From Candidatus Bathyarchaeia archaeon (GTDB lineage Archaea; Thermoproteota; Bathyarchaeia; 40CM-2-53-6), in NCBI GenBank assembly GCA_050013255.1, contig JBEKFP010000003.1:1-64000 (forward strand): a stretch of DNA of 64,000 bases. Reading direction: 5' to 3'. Below the pieces are notes generated by a model. The model worked only from the letters and a program-made list of their open reading frames with translations, did no database searches and was not told the DNA's origin. Of the stretch, positions 1 to 10,475 are shown one piece after another. The translations under genes and the position numbers were made by a program. Every line of letters begins with the position of its first letter. The first letter of the stretch is position 1.

Positions 1-126
1 GGCTACGGCTTAGTTCGCGGGACGGAGCCTGGTGAAAACATAGTCGCAGAAATGAGCGACGTCCCGAACCCGGACAGGGTAGCTGATTTGATCATGTCCA
101 GATTACGCGCCAGCAAAGTTACTTAG
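1..126 (+). CDS. 3' end of a CDS running in from the left edge (hypothetical)
   Basis: Frame 1 is open from base 1 (GYGLVRGTEPGENIVAEMSDVPNPDRVADLIMSRLRASKVT) to TAG at 124-126. Confidence 0.5.
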   Translation, partial: GYGLVRGTEPGENIVAEMSDVPNPDRVADLIMSRLRASKVT

Positions 127-324
127 CACCCGCGACCTTTCCGCTCCCGCTAATTCAATTTTCGACCGCGAAAATTCCATCGGTTCCGTTTCTCACATGG
201 ATCACGCCGAATTCGAATTTCCTCCGGACTACAACATTAATTATGGGCTGCTGTTCAACCAAAGGGGTTTTTCTATTGGGTCTGAATCATGTGGGTCCCG
301 CTTGGGAGGTAAGCAGCGACGTCT

Positions 325-1575
325 ATGAGTTTCGGAAGAATTATGGGGATTCCGATCAGGATTCACTACACGTTGTGGTTCGTTTTCATTCTTATCGCCT
401 GGTCACTCGCGGTTGGGTACATGCCTCATCAATACCCGGGCCTTAGCACGGTGACTTACTGGGCCATTGGTATTGCGTCCGCAATAATCCTCTTCGTTTC
501 CGTCCTTGTGCATGAGCTCTCTCATTCTTACATAGCGAAGAAGAATGGGCTGCCGATTGCGAGGATTACGCTTTTCTTCTTCGGCGGTGTCTCTGAGATG
601 ACTGAAGAACCTCAAGACCCGGGCTTAGAGGTTCGTATGGCTGCCGCGGGTCCCTTGATGAGTTTCCTAATCGCGTGTGTTTTGGGGGCACTTTGGTACC
701 TTGGAGGGTTTGCTCATGCACCGGTCGCGATAATTGCTACACTCGGCTATGCGGCACTGATCAATGGAATTCTGGGAGCATTCAACCTACTTCCCGCGTT
801 TCCGCTAGACGGTGGCAGGGTGTTCAGGGGAAGCATCTGGAAGCATTCGAACAATTTTGTCGGAGCCACCAGGACCGCTATAAGAGTTAGTGAGGGTATT
901 TCGTTGCTAATGATGTTCGGAGGGTTCGCGTTCATAATCTTCGGAGACTTCGTTGATGGAATTTGGGTAATTGTGCTAGGTTGGTTCATCAGGTCCGGGG
1001 CGCAGACCAGTCTCAAGCAAACGCTTGTTGGCGAAGCTCTCTTGGGGGTTTCGGTTGGCGACATCATGACTAGAGAAGTGTTGACCGTTCCGCCAGAGAT
1101 CACAGTTCAGCAGCTCGTCTCAGATTATCTCCTTGTGCACCGCCATGGAGGCTATCCTGTTGTGAAGAACGGTGAGGTTCTGGGCGTAGTCACATTGCAG
1201 TGCGCACGGGCTGTTCCTAAGGAAAAGAGGGATTCTGTGACTGTTCGGGAAGCGATGGTTCCATTCGAACGCACGATAATGGTGGGGGCTTCTGTAACCG
1301 CCTTGGATGCAATGCAGAAGATGGCTCGTAACAAAGTCGGACGTGTCTTGGTGATCGACGGGGGTCGACTGGTCGGCATAGCAACTCGTGAGGACATTGT
1401 TAGCACGATCCAGACGCGGCAAGAGCTCGAACTGGGCCCTGGTCTCGGTCCCTCGGGTTTGCCTTCTCCTCAGTATCCTCGCATTCAAGCAGAGCATTGC
1501 GTCCAGTGCGGTGCCCTTTTGCCCGCCGCCGTCAAATTCTGTTCCCAATGTGGCGCTAAACAAGACGTATCCTAA
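325..1575 (+). CDS. Site-2 (M50) membrane zinc metalloprotease with CBS pair and C-terminal zinc ribbon
   Basis: HELSH and NLLPAFPLDGG motifs, several TM helices, two CBS repeats, terminal CxxC-x10-CxxC. Confidence 0.93.
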   Translation: MSFGRIMGIPIRIHYTLWFVFILIAWSLAVGYMPHQYPGLSTVTYWAIGIASAIILFVSVLVHELSHSYIAKKNGLPIARITLFFFGGVSEMTEEPQDPGLEVRMAAAGPLMSFLIACVLGALWYLGGFAHAPVAIIATLGYAALINGILGAFNLLPAFPLDGGRVFRGSIWKHSNNFVGATRTAIRVSEGISLLMMFGGFAFIIFGDFVDGIWVIVLGWFIRSGAQTSLKQTLVGEALLGVSVGDIMTREVLTVPPEITVQQLVSDYLLVHRHGGYPVVKNGEVLGVVTLQCARAVPKEKRDSVTVREAMVPFERTIMVGASVTALDAMQKMARNKVGRVLVIDGGRLVGIATREDIVSTIQTRQELELGPGLGPSGLPSPQYPRIQAEHCVQCGALLPAAVKFCSQCGAKQDVS

Positions 1576-1736
1576 TGGGCACTTCCGGTCGAATTGATAT
1601 TTCTCGATTCAGTTGTTAGGGCAAACTTTGTCAGGGACCGAAGATACTCTCGCTCGGGAGTTTCCATTCTTGCCAATCGTGGAAAGCAGAAGCATGTGTA
1701 TTAAGGACAGTTTCTTTCCAAATCATAGAGAGTAAC

Positions 1737-2867
1737 ATGTCTAGCAAGAAAGCAGACTTGGCTGGTCCGGGCATTGGCAGTTACGATGAGCTTGAAAAGG
1801 TTCTTCCACAGGGGTACAACTCACTCCTATCACCGAAGGACACACAGAGGGCTATCTTTGCGGTCAAGAGCTACATCGAGGAGAACCTTTGCAAAGAACT
1901 CAACCTGATGATGGTTCAAGTCCCACTGATTGTCGATGTTGAGAGTGGTGTAAATGACCTGCTCGATCGGGACGGTTCACGCACCCCCGTTCAGTTTCAC
2001 ATCTCAAACGACTACAATAAGCACCCAATAGATGCGCAAGTGGTCCAGGCTGCAACTAAGTGGAAGCGCGTTGCGCTAAAGCAATTCGCGATGAAAGTCG
2101 GTGAGGGGATCTGCACTGACATGCGTGCGGTGCGCAAGGACTACTTCCTAGACCACGATCACAGTGCCTACGTGGACCAATGGGATTGGGAGAAGGTGAT
2201 AACTGAGGATCAACGGAATTTGGAATACCTTAAGGAGACAGTTCGCAAAATCTGGAAGGTTCTCAAGGGCGCTCAGAACCAAGCGGAAAAGCTCTTTCCT
2301 CAGCTTAAGACAGCAAAATACTCGAGCCTCCCTGATGAGATTACGTTCCTTCATGCTGAAGATATCCTTGAAAAGTACCCGGAAATGCCTCGGAAGGCGC
2401 GTGAGACCGCGATATTGCAAAAGTACCCCGCCATATTCATAATTGGAATTGGGTGGGTGTTGAAGGATGGTTATCCGCATGAGATGAGGGCTGCGGACTA
2501 TGATGATTGGATTACGGAAACAAGGTCTGAGGACGGGAGGCCTATGCACGGCCTCAACGGGGATATTCTTGTCTGGAACCCTGTGACAAAGCGCCGCCAC
2601 GAGCTAACGTCCATGGGAATCCGCGTTAACTCTAGCTCACTCAAGAAGCAATTGGAAATTACTGGGCAACTGGATTTCCTCAAATTCCCATACCATCAGG
2701 GCATCGTCAACAAAGAATTGCCGCTCAGTATCGGGGGCGGCATTGGTCAGTCACGGACGTACATGCTTCTGCTGAAGAAGGCACATCTAGGTGAGGTTAG
2801 CGTCACGGTTTGGCCAAAGATTCTGAAGGATCTGTGTGATAAGAAGAATATCCATGTATTACAGTGA
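1737..2867 (+). CDS. asnA: Aspartate--ammonia ligase (AsnA type)
   Basis: KWKR, HSAYVDQWDWEKVI, RAADYDDW, GLNGDILVWN, ELTSMGIRV and SIGGGIGQSR are AsnA motifs. Confidence 0.92.
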   Translation: MSSKKADLAGPGIGSYDELEKVLPQGYNSLLSPKDTQRAIFAVKSYIEENLCKELNLMMVQVPLIVDVESGVNDLLDRDGSRTPVQFHISNDYNKHPIDAQVVQAATKWKRVALKQFAMKVGEGICTDMRAVRKDYFLDHDHSAYVDQWDWEKVITEDQRNLEYLKETVRKIWKVLKGAQNQAEKLFPQLKTAKYSSLPDEITFLHAEDILEKYPEMPRKARETAILQKYPAIFIIGIGWVLKDGYPHEMRAADYDDWITETRSEDGRPMHGLNGDILVWNPVTKRRHELTSMGIRVNSSSLKKQLEITGQLDFLKFPYHQGIVNKELPLSIGGGIGQSRTYMLLLKKAHLGEVSVTVWPKILKDLCDKKNIHVLQ

Positions 2868-2874
2868 GCCTCTG

Positions 2875-5265
2875 CTACGAAGCGAAAGCTTGGAAGCGTT
2901 TAACGGTCTCCGCCATTTCGCGTAAGCGTTTGTCGACTCGGCCGTAAATGGAGTTCTCCTCGTAGTTCCCGTTCGGCAACCTCTTCCCTGCTGGGACGCC
3001 TGTGAGAAGTTCTATGCCTTCCTCGATGGTTTTCACGGGGTAAATGTGAAACTTTCCCGCCTTCACTGCGTTCACCACTTCATGTTTCAACATGAGGTTC
3101 TGAACGTTACTTTGCGGAATGATCACGCTATGCTGGCCGTTCAGGCCTCTCGCCTTGCAGATTTCGTAGTAGCCTTCAATTTTCTCGTTGGCGCCTCCGA
3201 TTGGTTGAACGTCGCCATTTTGGTTAACTGAGCCGGTTACCGCGAAGCTCTGCTTAATTGGAACGCCTGAAAGTGCCGAAAGCAGCGCGTACAGTTCCGT
3301 GCTTGACGCGCTGTCGCCTTCAACTCCTTCATAGTTCTGCTCAAAAACAATCCTCGCTGACAATGTCAATGGCTTGTCGTAGGCGAATTTTGAAGCTATG
3401 TAGCCCGCGATTATCATAACGCCTTTGCCGTGTATGGGGCCGCTCATGTTAACCTCTCTTTGGACGTCAATCAATCCCTCTTTTCCCAAGCCAACGGCAA
3501 TGGTAATTCGTGATGGGGCACCGAAGGAAAAGTCACCTACGCTCAGAACCGACAGCCCGTTAATCTGACCAACCGTTGCTCCATCCGTTGAAATGAAAAT
3601 TACATTCCGTTGAATGTATTCTCGGATTTTGTCTTGTATTAGGTTTGAACGATAGAGCTTAGCCTCGATTGCTTTCTCAACATGGGATGCCGTTATGTAT
3701 TTCGCATTTTCTTCCGTGGCATAGAAATGTGCTTCACGCACTACGTCCGCCACAATCCCAAACTGCGTTGAAAGCTTGTTTTGGTCTTCAGCAATTCTAG
3801 AACTATGTTCCAACAATCGAGCCACCGCTGAAGTGTCGAGGTGTTTCAGGTTTTCATTTACAACTAAAGTTGCGAAGAAGCCTGCATAACTCTTGAGACT
3901 GCTATCCGATTTCTCCATGGTGGAATCGAAATCCGCCTTTACCTTGAAGAGTTCGCGAAATTCGGGGTCGTACGCAAAGAGAAGTTGGTACGTGGAAGAG
4001 TCCCCGATTAGTACAACCTTTACCTCCAGAGGTATCGGCTGGGGAGAAAGGCTCCTTACATTCGCGTAACCTATTCGTTGGGGCAGTTCTTCAATAGTTA
4101 CCTCTCCCGCCTTCAAGGCGCGTTTCAAACCCTCGTAGACATTCAGATCGCGAAGTAGCTGCTCGGCGCGAATAATCAAAAACCCGCCATTTGCCTCATG
4201 TATAGATCCGCCCCGGATCAGGGTGAAATCGGTTGTTAAGGTTCCGAGTTGGCTCTCTTTTTCAATGCGGCCGAGCACGTTATCGTAGGTTGGGTTTTGT
4301 TCTACAATCATAGGGGCTCCTCGGACGCCTGAATTGTCAGCGATAACATTCACATCGTAGACTCGGAAGGCCAATTCATCAGCCAAGGCTTCCTGGGCAT
4401 CTTCTTTCTTGTCTCCATGCCGTGTCCTGAACCCTTCCAGATCCTCGACGATGTGTGTTTGAATCTCATGGAGGAAATTCGTGATTTCACTGTGCTGTTT
4501 ATACTTCGCGAGTAGATTCGACATCAAAGTTTCAATTGCGTACAATGTTACGTCCCGATCGAACTTGATCATCTCATCTCGCGCTTTCAACTCGACTTCG
4601 CGGAGTTCTCTAAGAAGAGGCTGAAGTTTTTCCTTGACCGTCTCGCGTTTTTCCGTGAATTTCTGTTGCGCGTCTTTGGGTAGCGAAAGGAAGTCCTGTT
4701 CCGACAATGCGTGACCTTTCACAACGGGAACTAAAGATATTCCGAGGGCTGTGAGCTGCATTATGAATCCCTCGCCTTCCGCGACCTTTCCCATGCGTGT
4801 GATCACATCCTGCCTCCGCTGGTTCATTTTTCGTGTCATCTCATCTCGTTTTGTGGCGTAATCATCCCCTTCGAATAATTGCGAGATCGCGATTCGCGCT
4901 GCTTGGACGAGTTCACGCATGTCCTGTTTGAGTTCCTTTCCCAACCCTGGGGGACAGCGAAGCGCTTTCGGCTGGTATTCGTCCTCGAAGTTGTGAACAT
5001 AGCACGAGTCTTGCGGGGTAGGCAATTTTCTGGCCATATCCTCGAGGAAATCGGTCGTTGTGGTTGTCTTTCCCGTAGCCGACGGGCCCGTCGCGAAAAT
5101 GTTGAATCCGGCTTCTTTGATGCTAAACCCAAACAACAATGCTTGATAAGCGCGCGGTTGGCCAACTAGTATGTCGAGAGGCTTCAATTCCTCTGTGGAC
5201 TTTACTCCGATGAGCTTTGGATCGCAGGTCCACCGTAGGCTTGTGGTTGGAAGTTCGGATGGCAA
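2875..5265 (-). CDS. Soluble Lon-like (S16, LonC/AAA_32-type) protease
   Basis: Walker A-like GPSATGKT, long coiled-coil insert, HEANGGFL, catalytic GDSAS Ser and EKIEG Lys; lacks the LonB TM segment. Confidence 0.88.
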   Translation of the reverse strand: MPSELPTTSLRWTCDPKLIGVKSTEELKPLDILVGQPRAYQALLFGFSIKEAGFNIFATGPSATGKTTTTTDFLEDMARKLPTPQDSCYVHNFEDEYQPKALRCPPGLGKELKQDMRELVQAARIAISQLFEGDDYATKRDEMTRKMNQRRQDVITRMGKVAEGEGFIMQLTALGISLVPVVKGHALSEQDFLSLPKDAQQKFTEKRETVKEKLQPLLRELREVELKARDEMIKFDRDVTLYAIETLMSNLLAKYKQHSEITNFLHEIQTHIVEDLEGFRTRHGDKKEDAQEALADELAFRVYDVNVIADNSGVRGAPMIVEQNPTYDNVLGRIEKESQLGTLTTDFTLIRGGSIHEANGGFLIIRAEQLLRDLNVYEGLKRALKAGEVTIEELPQRIGYANVRSLSPQPIPLEVKVVLIGDSSTYQLLFAYDPEFRELFKVKADFDSTMEKSDSSLKSYAGFFATLVVNENLKHLDTSAVARLLEHSSRIAEDQNKLSTQFGIVADVVREAHFYATEENAKYITASHVEKAIEAKLYRSNLIQDKIREYIQRNVIFISTDGATVGQINGLSVLSVGDFSFGAPSRITIAVGLGKEGLIDVQREVNMSGPIHGKGVMIIAGYIASKFAYDKPLTLSARIVFEQNYEGVEGDSASSTELYALLSALSGVPIKQSFAVTGSVNQNGDVQPIGGANEKIEGYYEICKARGLNGQHSVIIPQSNVQNLMLKHEVVNAVKAGKFHIYPVKTIEEGIELLTGVPAGKRLPNGNYEENSIYGRVDKRLREMAETVKRFQAFAS

Positions 5266-5427
5266 GAGAATTCAGCAGGTCTTCCAAAGAGCGTAGGCTA
5301 ATTACTTTACTGAGTTGCTGTAGCCTCCTGGTAGCTGACGGGGAGCTTCCGGGTTTCGTTCACCGCACCTTCTCTAGGGTTCTTTCCCCCAATTCTCCAG
5401 ACGATGAACTGGAGACAATGGAGTCTA

Positions 5428-5679
5428 CTAGGCCGGGGGTTTCACTTCGTCGAGCCTGACAGGGCTATGGGTCTTTGGGTCAATCCAAGTGAAGGGGTCG
5501 TCCCATCTGTCAGTGAGCTCGATCTTAACGAGGTGGTTGCACCGGGGGCATCTTGGTCCTCTTGTTTCGAAAATCGTGTCCGGGCATTTGCAGTTGCAGT
5601 CCACGGGTTCTAACAGAAGTCTTCGGCCCTCATACCTAGGGATTCTTGGTGGGCTGCATGCTTCGCAGAAGGCTTCCAC
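5428..5679 (-). CDS. Small Cys-rich putative zinc-finger protein
   Basis: CEAC, CNCKC and CPRC motifs; co-oriented directly downstream of the SNF2 gene. Confidence 0.55.
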   Translation of the reverse strand: MEAFCEACSPPRIPRYEGRRLLLEPVDCNCKCPDTIFETRGPRCPRCNHLVKIELTDRWDDPFTWIDPKTHSPVRLDEVKPPA

Positions 5680-5747
5680 TTCCTTTACGACGAAGTTAGA
5701 GTGTCGAGGCCTATTACGCTAGAGAGGTGAGTGAAACTTCTGCGTGA

Positions 5748-7871
5748 CTATTGCGGTTTGCCAGGAACTCGGAGGCCGCTTGAGCTTTCTACGAGGAGGC
5801 CGTAATGTTCCCGTATTTTTTCAGCCAGCTTCAACATATCAAAGCCGAAGACCTCTCTTAACTCGTCGAGCGACAGATCTTCGCTCTCCGCTATTTCACT
5901 GACCGTTACGTCTCTGAACAGCTTTCGTTTTCGCTCTAACACATCACGAACATGCTCCTCCACAGTGCCTTTGACGACAAAGTTTACCGCAAGAACCTTG
6001 TTGGCCTGGCCGATTCGGTGCAGACGAGCTATGCGCTGTTGCAATCGGGCTGGGTTCCAAGGTAAGTCGTAATTCACTACGACATCGGCAGCTTGGAGAT
6101 TCAATCCGAATTGTCCCGCGTCCGTGCTAGCGAGGACACGGTATTCGGTCTGCTCTATGAATTGTCTCAGATGCTTGGTTCGCTCGTCGCCGGAAAGCTG
6201 CCCGTGGTAAACGAGTGTTGGAATTCCTAGGCTCGACAGTTCTTCCTGGATCAGGTTAACGACTGGGACAAATTGTGAGAACACAACTATCTTGTGGCCT
6301 TGTTCGGTAAGCTCGTTTACCAATTCCTTCAACTCAACCAATTTCGCGTTTTCTGGTTCGAGATTTGCTAGTACGCGGATAAGTTTCTTGAAGATGGAAG
6401 ACTCCCGTAATGCCTGAGCGCCCTCTGTGTTTTCTCGTTGCTTGCGGCGAAGGTAGCCCGCTATCATGCTGATGTCTGCGCAGGCTTCGCGCAGGAGCGT
6501 GTAGAGCCTGAGGCGGTTTGCGGTGAAGGGGTTGGGTCCTTCCTGGTCGCTATTGCTGTAAGCATACTCTTCTAGAACGGTTTCGCCTAAGCTTTCTTGG
6601 AGTATGTCATAGATCATTTTCTGGTTCCTTGCCGGTTCGGTATACACGTATTGAGTCGTAAGTGTCGGCAGTTGCTTCAGGACTTGGGCCTTCGTTCGCC
6701 GAATAGAAACCACCCGTACCTCCCTTCTAAGTTCAGGTAGGTTTTCAGGGTTAACGATGGGGCGCGAACTCTGCCATCCTTCACCAGAAAGTTTCAGTGT
6801 GAACCTGGCAAGGAAGTCTTCGTTGTAGCGTCCAAAGAAACCGGGTTGGACAATGTTGACGATGTTGTAAAGCTCCCCAAGGTGATTTTCGAGTGGCGTG
6901 CCTGTCAAGGCGATAACGTTTCTGACGATAAGCTTCTTCGCTGCTTCACTTGTTTGCGTGTCCCAGTTCTTTACTCGGGTGACCTCGTCGAGGATTAACG
7001 TGTCGAAGTTTTTTTGAAGTATTAACTCCAAGTCAGTTCTAAGCAACTCATAGTTCATCACGATCAGCGGATCATTGTATAGTTCCATGCGTTCGCTTAG
7101 CGTGCGCCGGGATGAGACCAATGTTGGTTCGAGGTTGAATTTCTCAACCAATTCCCCATGCCATTGTTCAACTACCGCATTTGGGGTAACAATGATGGCC
7201 CTCGAGGCTTTCTTCTGCTTGATAAGTTCCAGCAATGCTGTGGTGGCGGTGATAGTTTTCCCGAGCCCCATCTCGTCGAAGAGGCAAGCTCGCCCGTTGT
7301 TTCTTAGGATAAACTCTACTGCTTTCCGTTGAAAGGGATAGAGTGTAACGTTGACTTTTCGCGGAAGCCTAATGACCGCCAGTCGAACTTCGGTTTCGGG
7401 GAAGTTCTGGAGTAGGACGCGCACACCCTCATTTTCGAAGGCCTGTTTGGCGAACATGACCGATCCGGCTTGCCGGAGTCTATATGCGTCGTAGTATGGA
7501 CTCCAGATGACATATGTTTTGAAGGTTCGGTCGTCGAGAATTTCCTTCAATGAGTCGTCCTTAAGCGGTTTGACCCAGACGACGCCGTCTCTGTCGTACT
7601 CAAGAATTACTGTTCGGTGTTCCCGGATTAATCTGAGGGCGCGGGGTGAGTACAGCAGTCTTAGGCCGGCTTGACGGTAAGTTTCCTTCGCGACTTCGGG
7701 GTTAAGGGTGAGGGGGTGGCGAAAGAATCCATCCTTGAAAGGCGTAATCTCAACCAGCGATCCGAAGCTAGGTTGAGGCACGTGAACTTCGGGTTGAATG
7801 GCCATTGAGGGCTGAACTAGGATCCGCTGTAAGCGTACTCGACCTGTTTTCTTTCCTGGCATTGCCCCCAA
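5748..7871 (-). CDS. SNF2/SWI2-family helicase-like ATPase
   Basis: DEMGLGKT, LILDEV, LTGTPLEN, STDAGQFGLNLQ, WNPARLQQRIARLHRIGQ. Confidence 0.93.
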   Translation of the reverse strand: MGAMPGKKTGRVRLQRILVQPSMAIQPEVHVPQPSFGSLVEITPFKDGFFRHPLTLNPEVAKETYRQAGLRLLYSPRALRLIREHRTVILEYDRDGVVWVKPLKDDSLKEILDDRTFKTYVIWSPYYDAYRLRQAGSVMFAKQAFENEGVRVLLQNFPETEVRLAVIRLPRKVNVTLYPFQRKAVEFILRNNGRACLFDEMGLGKTITATTALLELIKQKKASRAIIVTPNAVVEQWHGELVEKFNLEPTLVSSRRTLSERMELYNDPLIVMNYELLRTDLELILQKNFDTLILDEVTRVKNWDTQTSEAAKKLIVRNVIALTGTPLENHLGELYNIVNIVQPGFFGRYNEDFLARFTLKLSGEGWQSSRPIVNPENLPELRREVRVVSIRRTKAQVLKQLPTLTTQYVYTEPARNQKMIYDILQESLGETVLEEYAYSNSDQEGPNPFTANRLRLYTLLREACADISMIAGYLRRKQRENTEGAQALRESSIFKKLIRVLANLEPENAKLVELKELVNELTEQGHKIVVFSQFVPVVNLIQEELSSLGIPTLVYHGQLSGDERTKHLRQFIEQTEYRVLASTDAGQFGLNLQAADVVVNYDLPWNPARLQQRIARLHRIGQANKVLAVNFVVKGTVEEHVRDVLERKRKLFRDVTVSEIAESEDLSLDELREVFGFDMLKLAEKIREHYGLLVESSSGLRVPGKPQ

Positions 7872-7951
7872 TCCCTCTGGACGCCTCGTCTGAGTTCAAA
7901 ACCAACGACTACCGAGAAACCACAATATGAGTGTCTCGGAAACGTGGCCCA

Positions 7952-9175
7952 TTACGTGCAATGTGGCCTATTTTCCTCGGGGGGCTTGATCCTTCGGAAA
8001 TTTCTGTAGATTAACACGTCATAAGCCAACTTGAGTGTCCCCGCTGCAACGAAGATTGAACCGATCCAAAGGGTTGCGATGGCGTAGCCCGCAACCAATG
8101 GACTCACGGACTGCGCTACGCTGCGAGTGACGTTTGTGAAGCCAGCCGCAGGTGTCCTGTCATCCTCGTCGACAACGGCCATGACATACGATTGCCGTGT
8201 TGGCACGTCCATTTGTGAGAGGGATTGTCTGCACAGCAGCAGAAATATGGCCCCAAAAGCCGAAGGGGCGAATGGGACCGCGGTTAGGAAAACGTTGGAG
8301 GGGATATGGCTGAAAACCATTGTCCTCAACAACCCAATGCGTCTCGCTATTCTTTCCGCGGCTAGGAAGGACATGGCCGTCACGATTTGTGTCGCTGAAA
8401 AAATCAAACCTAGTGAAGTCAGTTGGAGTGCAAACCTCTCGTAGAAATAGTAAGACAAGATACTCGTGCCTATGAAACCTCCACCAAACGCATCTATCGC
8501 AAATAAGGCTGACAATTTCTGAACAATAGGTTTGGATTTTTCGGAGAGAATCGCACGCTTTACTGGGGTGGTCGTTCGTTGAATTTCTATGCCCTTCGAT
8601 AGTTTGCTATACAGGACGCTGCCAACAAGTCCCGACACTAGGTACGCCGCAAACAGCGGCCGGTAAGCGCTTGGCCCCGAACCGAAATATTGGGGTAAGC
8701 CTGCGATCAATGCCCCAACGGATGAGGATGCATAGCCGACCAAGTTATACCAACTGAAGGCGAGCGTCCTATGTTGAGAATCACATGTTCTTGGAATAAC
8801 CGCCTGCTCTAACGATAGGAAAGGCCCAACTTCGCCTGCGCCCACGGTCATGTTCCCGACAATCCCCGCAAGAACCGGGGCCCACCATGTTGTCGAAATG
8901 AATAGGAAACTTCCCGCGATGAAATCCATTAAGGCAAAGAACACAAGGGTCCGTTTTCTGCCAATTCGGTCCGCCACAAAACTCACACTGAACGTATACA
9001 GAGCACTCGAAAACACTGTGGCTGTTAGGACGACACCTATGAGCAACGAGCTAAACCCTAGTTGGGACAGGTAGACGGCGAACAATACCCCCAGAAAACC
9101 ATACGGTACTGTGCGTACTGCCTTCTCTACGAGAATCAGCTTTCCGTCAGAGTCCATCCAATTGGCTAAGCTCAA
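7952..9175 (-). CDS. MFS transporter
   Basis: About 12 TM helices, ADRIGRKR motif A, SQMDVPTRQSYVM. Confidence 0.9.
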   Translation of the reverse strand: MSLANWMDSDGKLILVEKAVRTVPYGFLGVLFAVYLSQLGFSSLLIGVVLTATVFSSALYTFSVSFVADRIGRKRTLVFFALMDFIAGSFLFISTTWWAPVLAGIVGNMTVGAGEVGPFLSLEQAVIPRTCDSQHRTLAFSWYNLVGYASSSVGALIAGLPQYFGSGPSAYRPLFAAYLVSGLVGSVLYSKLSKGIEIQRTTTPVKRAILSEKSKPIVQKLSALFAIDAFGGGFIGTSILSYYFYERFALQLTSLGLIFSATQIVTAMSFLAAERIARRIGLLRTMVFSHIPSNVFLTAVPFAPSAFGAIFLLLCRQSLSQMDVPTRQSYVMAVVDEDDRTPAAGFTNVTRSVAQSVSPLVAGYAIATLWIGSIFVAAGTLKLAYDVLIYRNFRRIKPPEENRPHCT

Positions 9176-9221
9176 AACCGTGCCACCGCTTCAGCCATCC
9201 CTAGTAGAAGATAGATGAAGC

Positions 9222-9698
9222 TTAGTCCCGTCGTGGGACGGAGTGTTGCAAACTTACACCCTGCTGAACTTTCAACTGGCAATACTTGTACAAAGCATCG
9301 TATAGGGGGAATTGAAGATTCATGTTCTCAAAGTCGTCCTTTGCAAGTGCCCTATAGCCAATCGCCGCAGCTTCAAGTCCCGCTGACTCTGGTGGTGCTT
9401 CGGGGATTCGTGCGTCGGCGCCTCGAACTATTTTTGCCATCTCTAGCAGCGCGTCGTCCCTGACATTGTACTTCTTAATGATCGCGTCGAAGCTGACAAA
9501 CTCATTTCCGTTCTCCGCATAATGCGTCAATTCCACGCCAGGGGCGTCGAAAGGAATTGCACCTTCCGTTTCCGCGACCTCTAGAATTCTTTCTTTCGGG
9601 ACGAAGAGAAACTTAGCATTCTTATCGACAAAATGCGTTATCAACCATGGGCAAGCTATCCTATCGACCTTTGCTTTTTCGCGGGTTACCCATTTCAT
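9222..9698 (-). CDS. ChrB-domain (chromate resistance) protein
   Basis: MKWVTRE..KVDRIACPWLI..FVD..A.FLFV, AIPFDAPG, ESAGLEA, YDALY. Confidence 0.88.
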   Translation of the reverse strand: MKWVTREKAKVDRIACPWLITHFVDKNAKFLFVPKERILEVAETEGAIPFDAPGVELTHYAENGNEFVSFDAIIKKYNVRDDALLEMAKIVRGADARIPEAPPESAGLEAAAIGYRALAKDDFENMNLQFPLYDALYKYCQLKVQQGVSLQHSVPRRD

Positions 9699-9801
9699 TC
9701 AGAGTGCCTCAACAAATCAGTTGGGATGTCATTGTACTGATTTAAGTACGAGGCTTCGCTACGATGCGTTGCAATCGAATTCGGATTCCGAGGAGTCAGC
9801 T

Positions 9802-10410
9802 ATGAGTTCGCCCTTGAAAACGTATTCTTACATTCTCGCAGTCATAGAACGCGGGCAGATAGCTGACGTTGTCAAGGCGGTTAAGGAAATTAGCCAGATT
9901 GAGGAAGGGGCACTTCTAATCGGCAGGTACGATTTGCTCGTGCGAGTGTCGCACTATGATCGCTCTGATTTGTACAAATCCGTTTCCCAAATCCGAGATA
10001 TGCCGGGAATTAGGGCCACAAGCACTCACATACCCTTCGAAGGTTTCACCAAAGATTACATTGTTGACGAGAATGACGCCCTAGCAATTTCGCTGTTACG
10101 GGCACAGGGTTCGCTCCCCGACGTTTTGTCTCAACTTAGAAAACTGGAACATGTTGTGGAAGGGCATATCATTCCAGGGGATTGGGACCTTCTCACGATC
10201 CTTCATAGCAAAAACGTTAGCCAGATTCTTGAAACAGCCGTAAACCAATTTGAGGGAGTACAGGGTATTTCTAAGAGCGAGACTCTGATCTCCAACCAAT
10301 ACTTCCGTAGGATCCACGACGAGACCGTGTCCGTCGGAACGTACGTACCACAGTATGCATTTGACCGGTTGAAAGATAGGACAGTCCTAGGAACGCAGAG
10401 CCTTTCGTGA
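9802..10410 (+). CDS. Tandem Lrp/AsnC ligand-binding (RAM) domain protein without HTH
   Basis: Two repeats with G.YDLLV / GDWDLL and T.T motifs; ATG 9802 preferred over TTG 9721. Confidence 0.75.
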   Translation: MSSPLKTYSYILAVIERGQIADVVKAVKEISQIEEGALLIGRYDLLVRVSHYDRSDLYKSVSQIRDMPGIRATSTHIPFEGFTKDYIVDENDALAISLLRAQGSLPDVLSQLRKLEHVVEGHIIPGDWDLLTILHSKNVSQILETAVNQFEGVQGISKSETLISNQYFRRIHDETVSVGTYVPQYAFDRLKDRTVLGTQSLS

Positions 10411-10475
10411 CTGAAGGAAAAAGCAAGTTTAAGAATTGCCTGTTGTGGTTTCAAACCCTTTGCAGTGGTCCCTAG

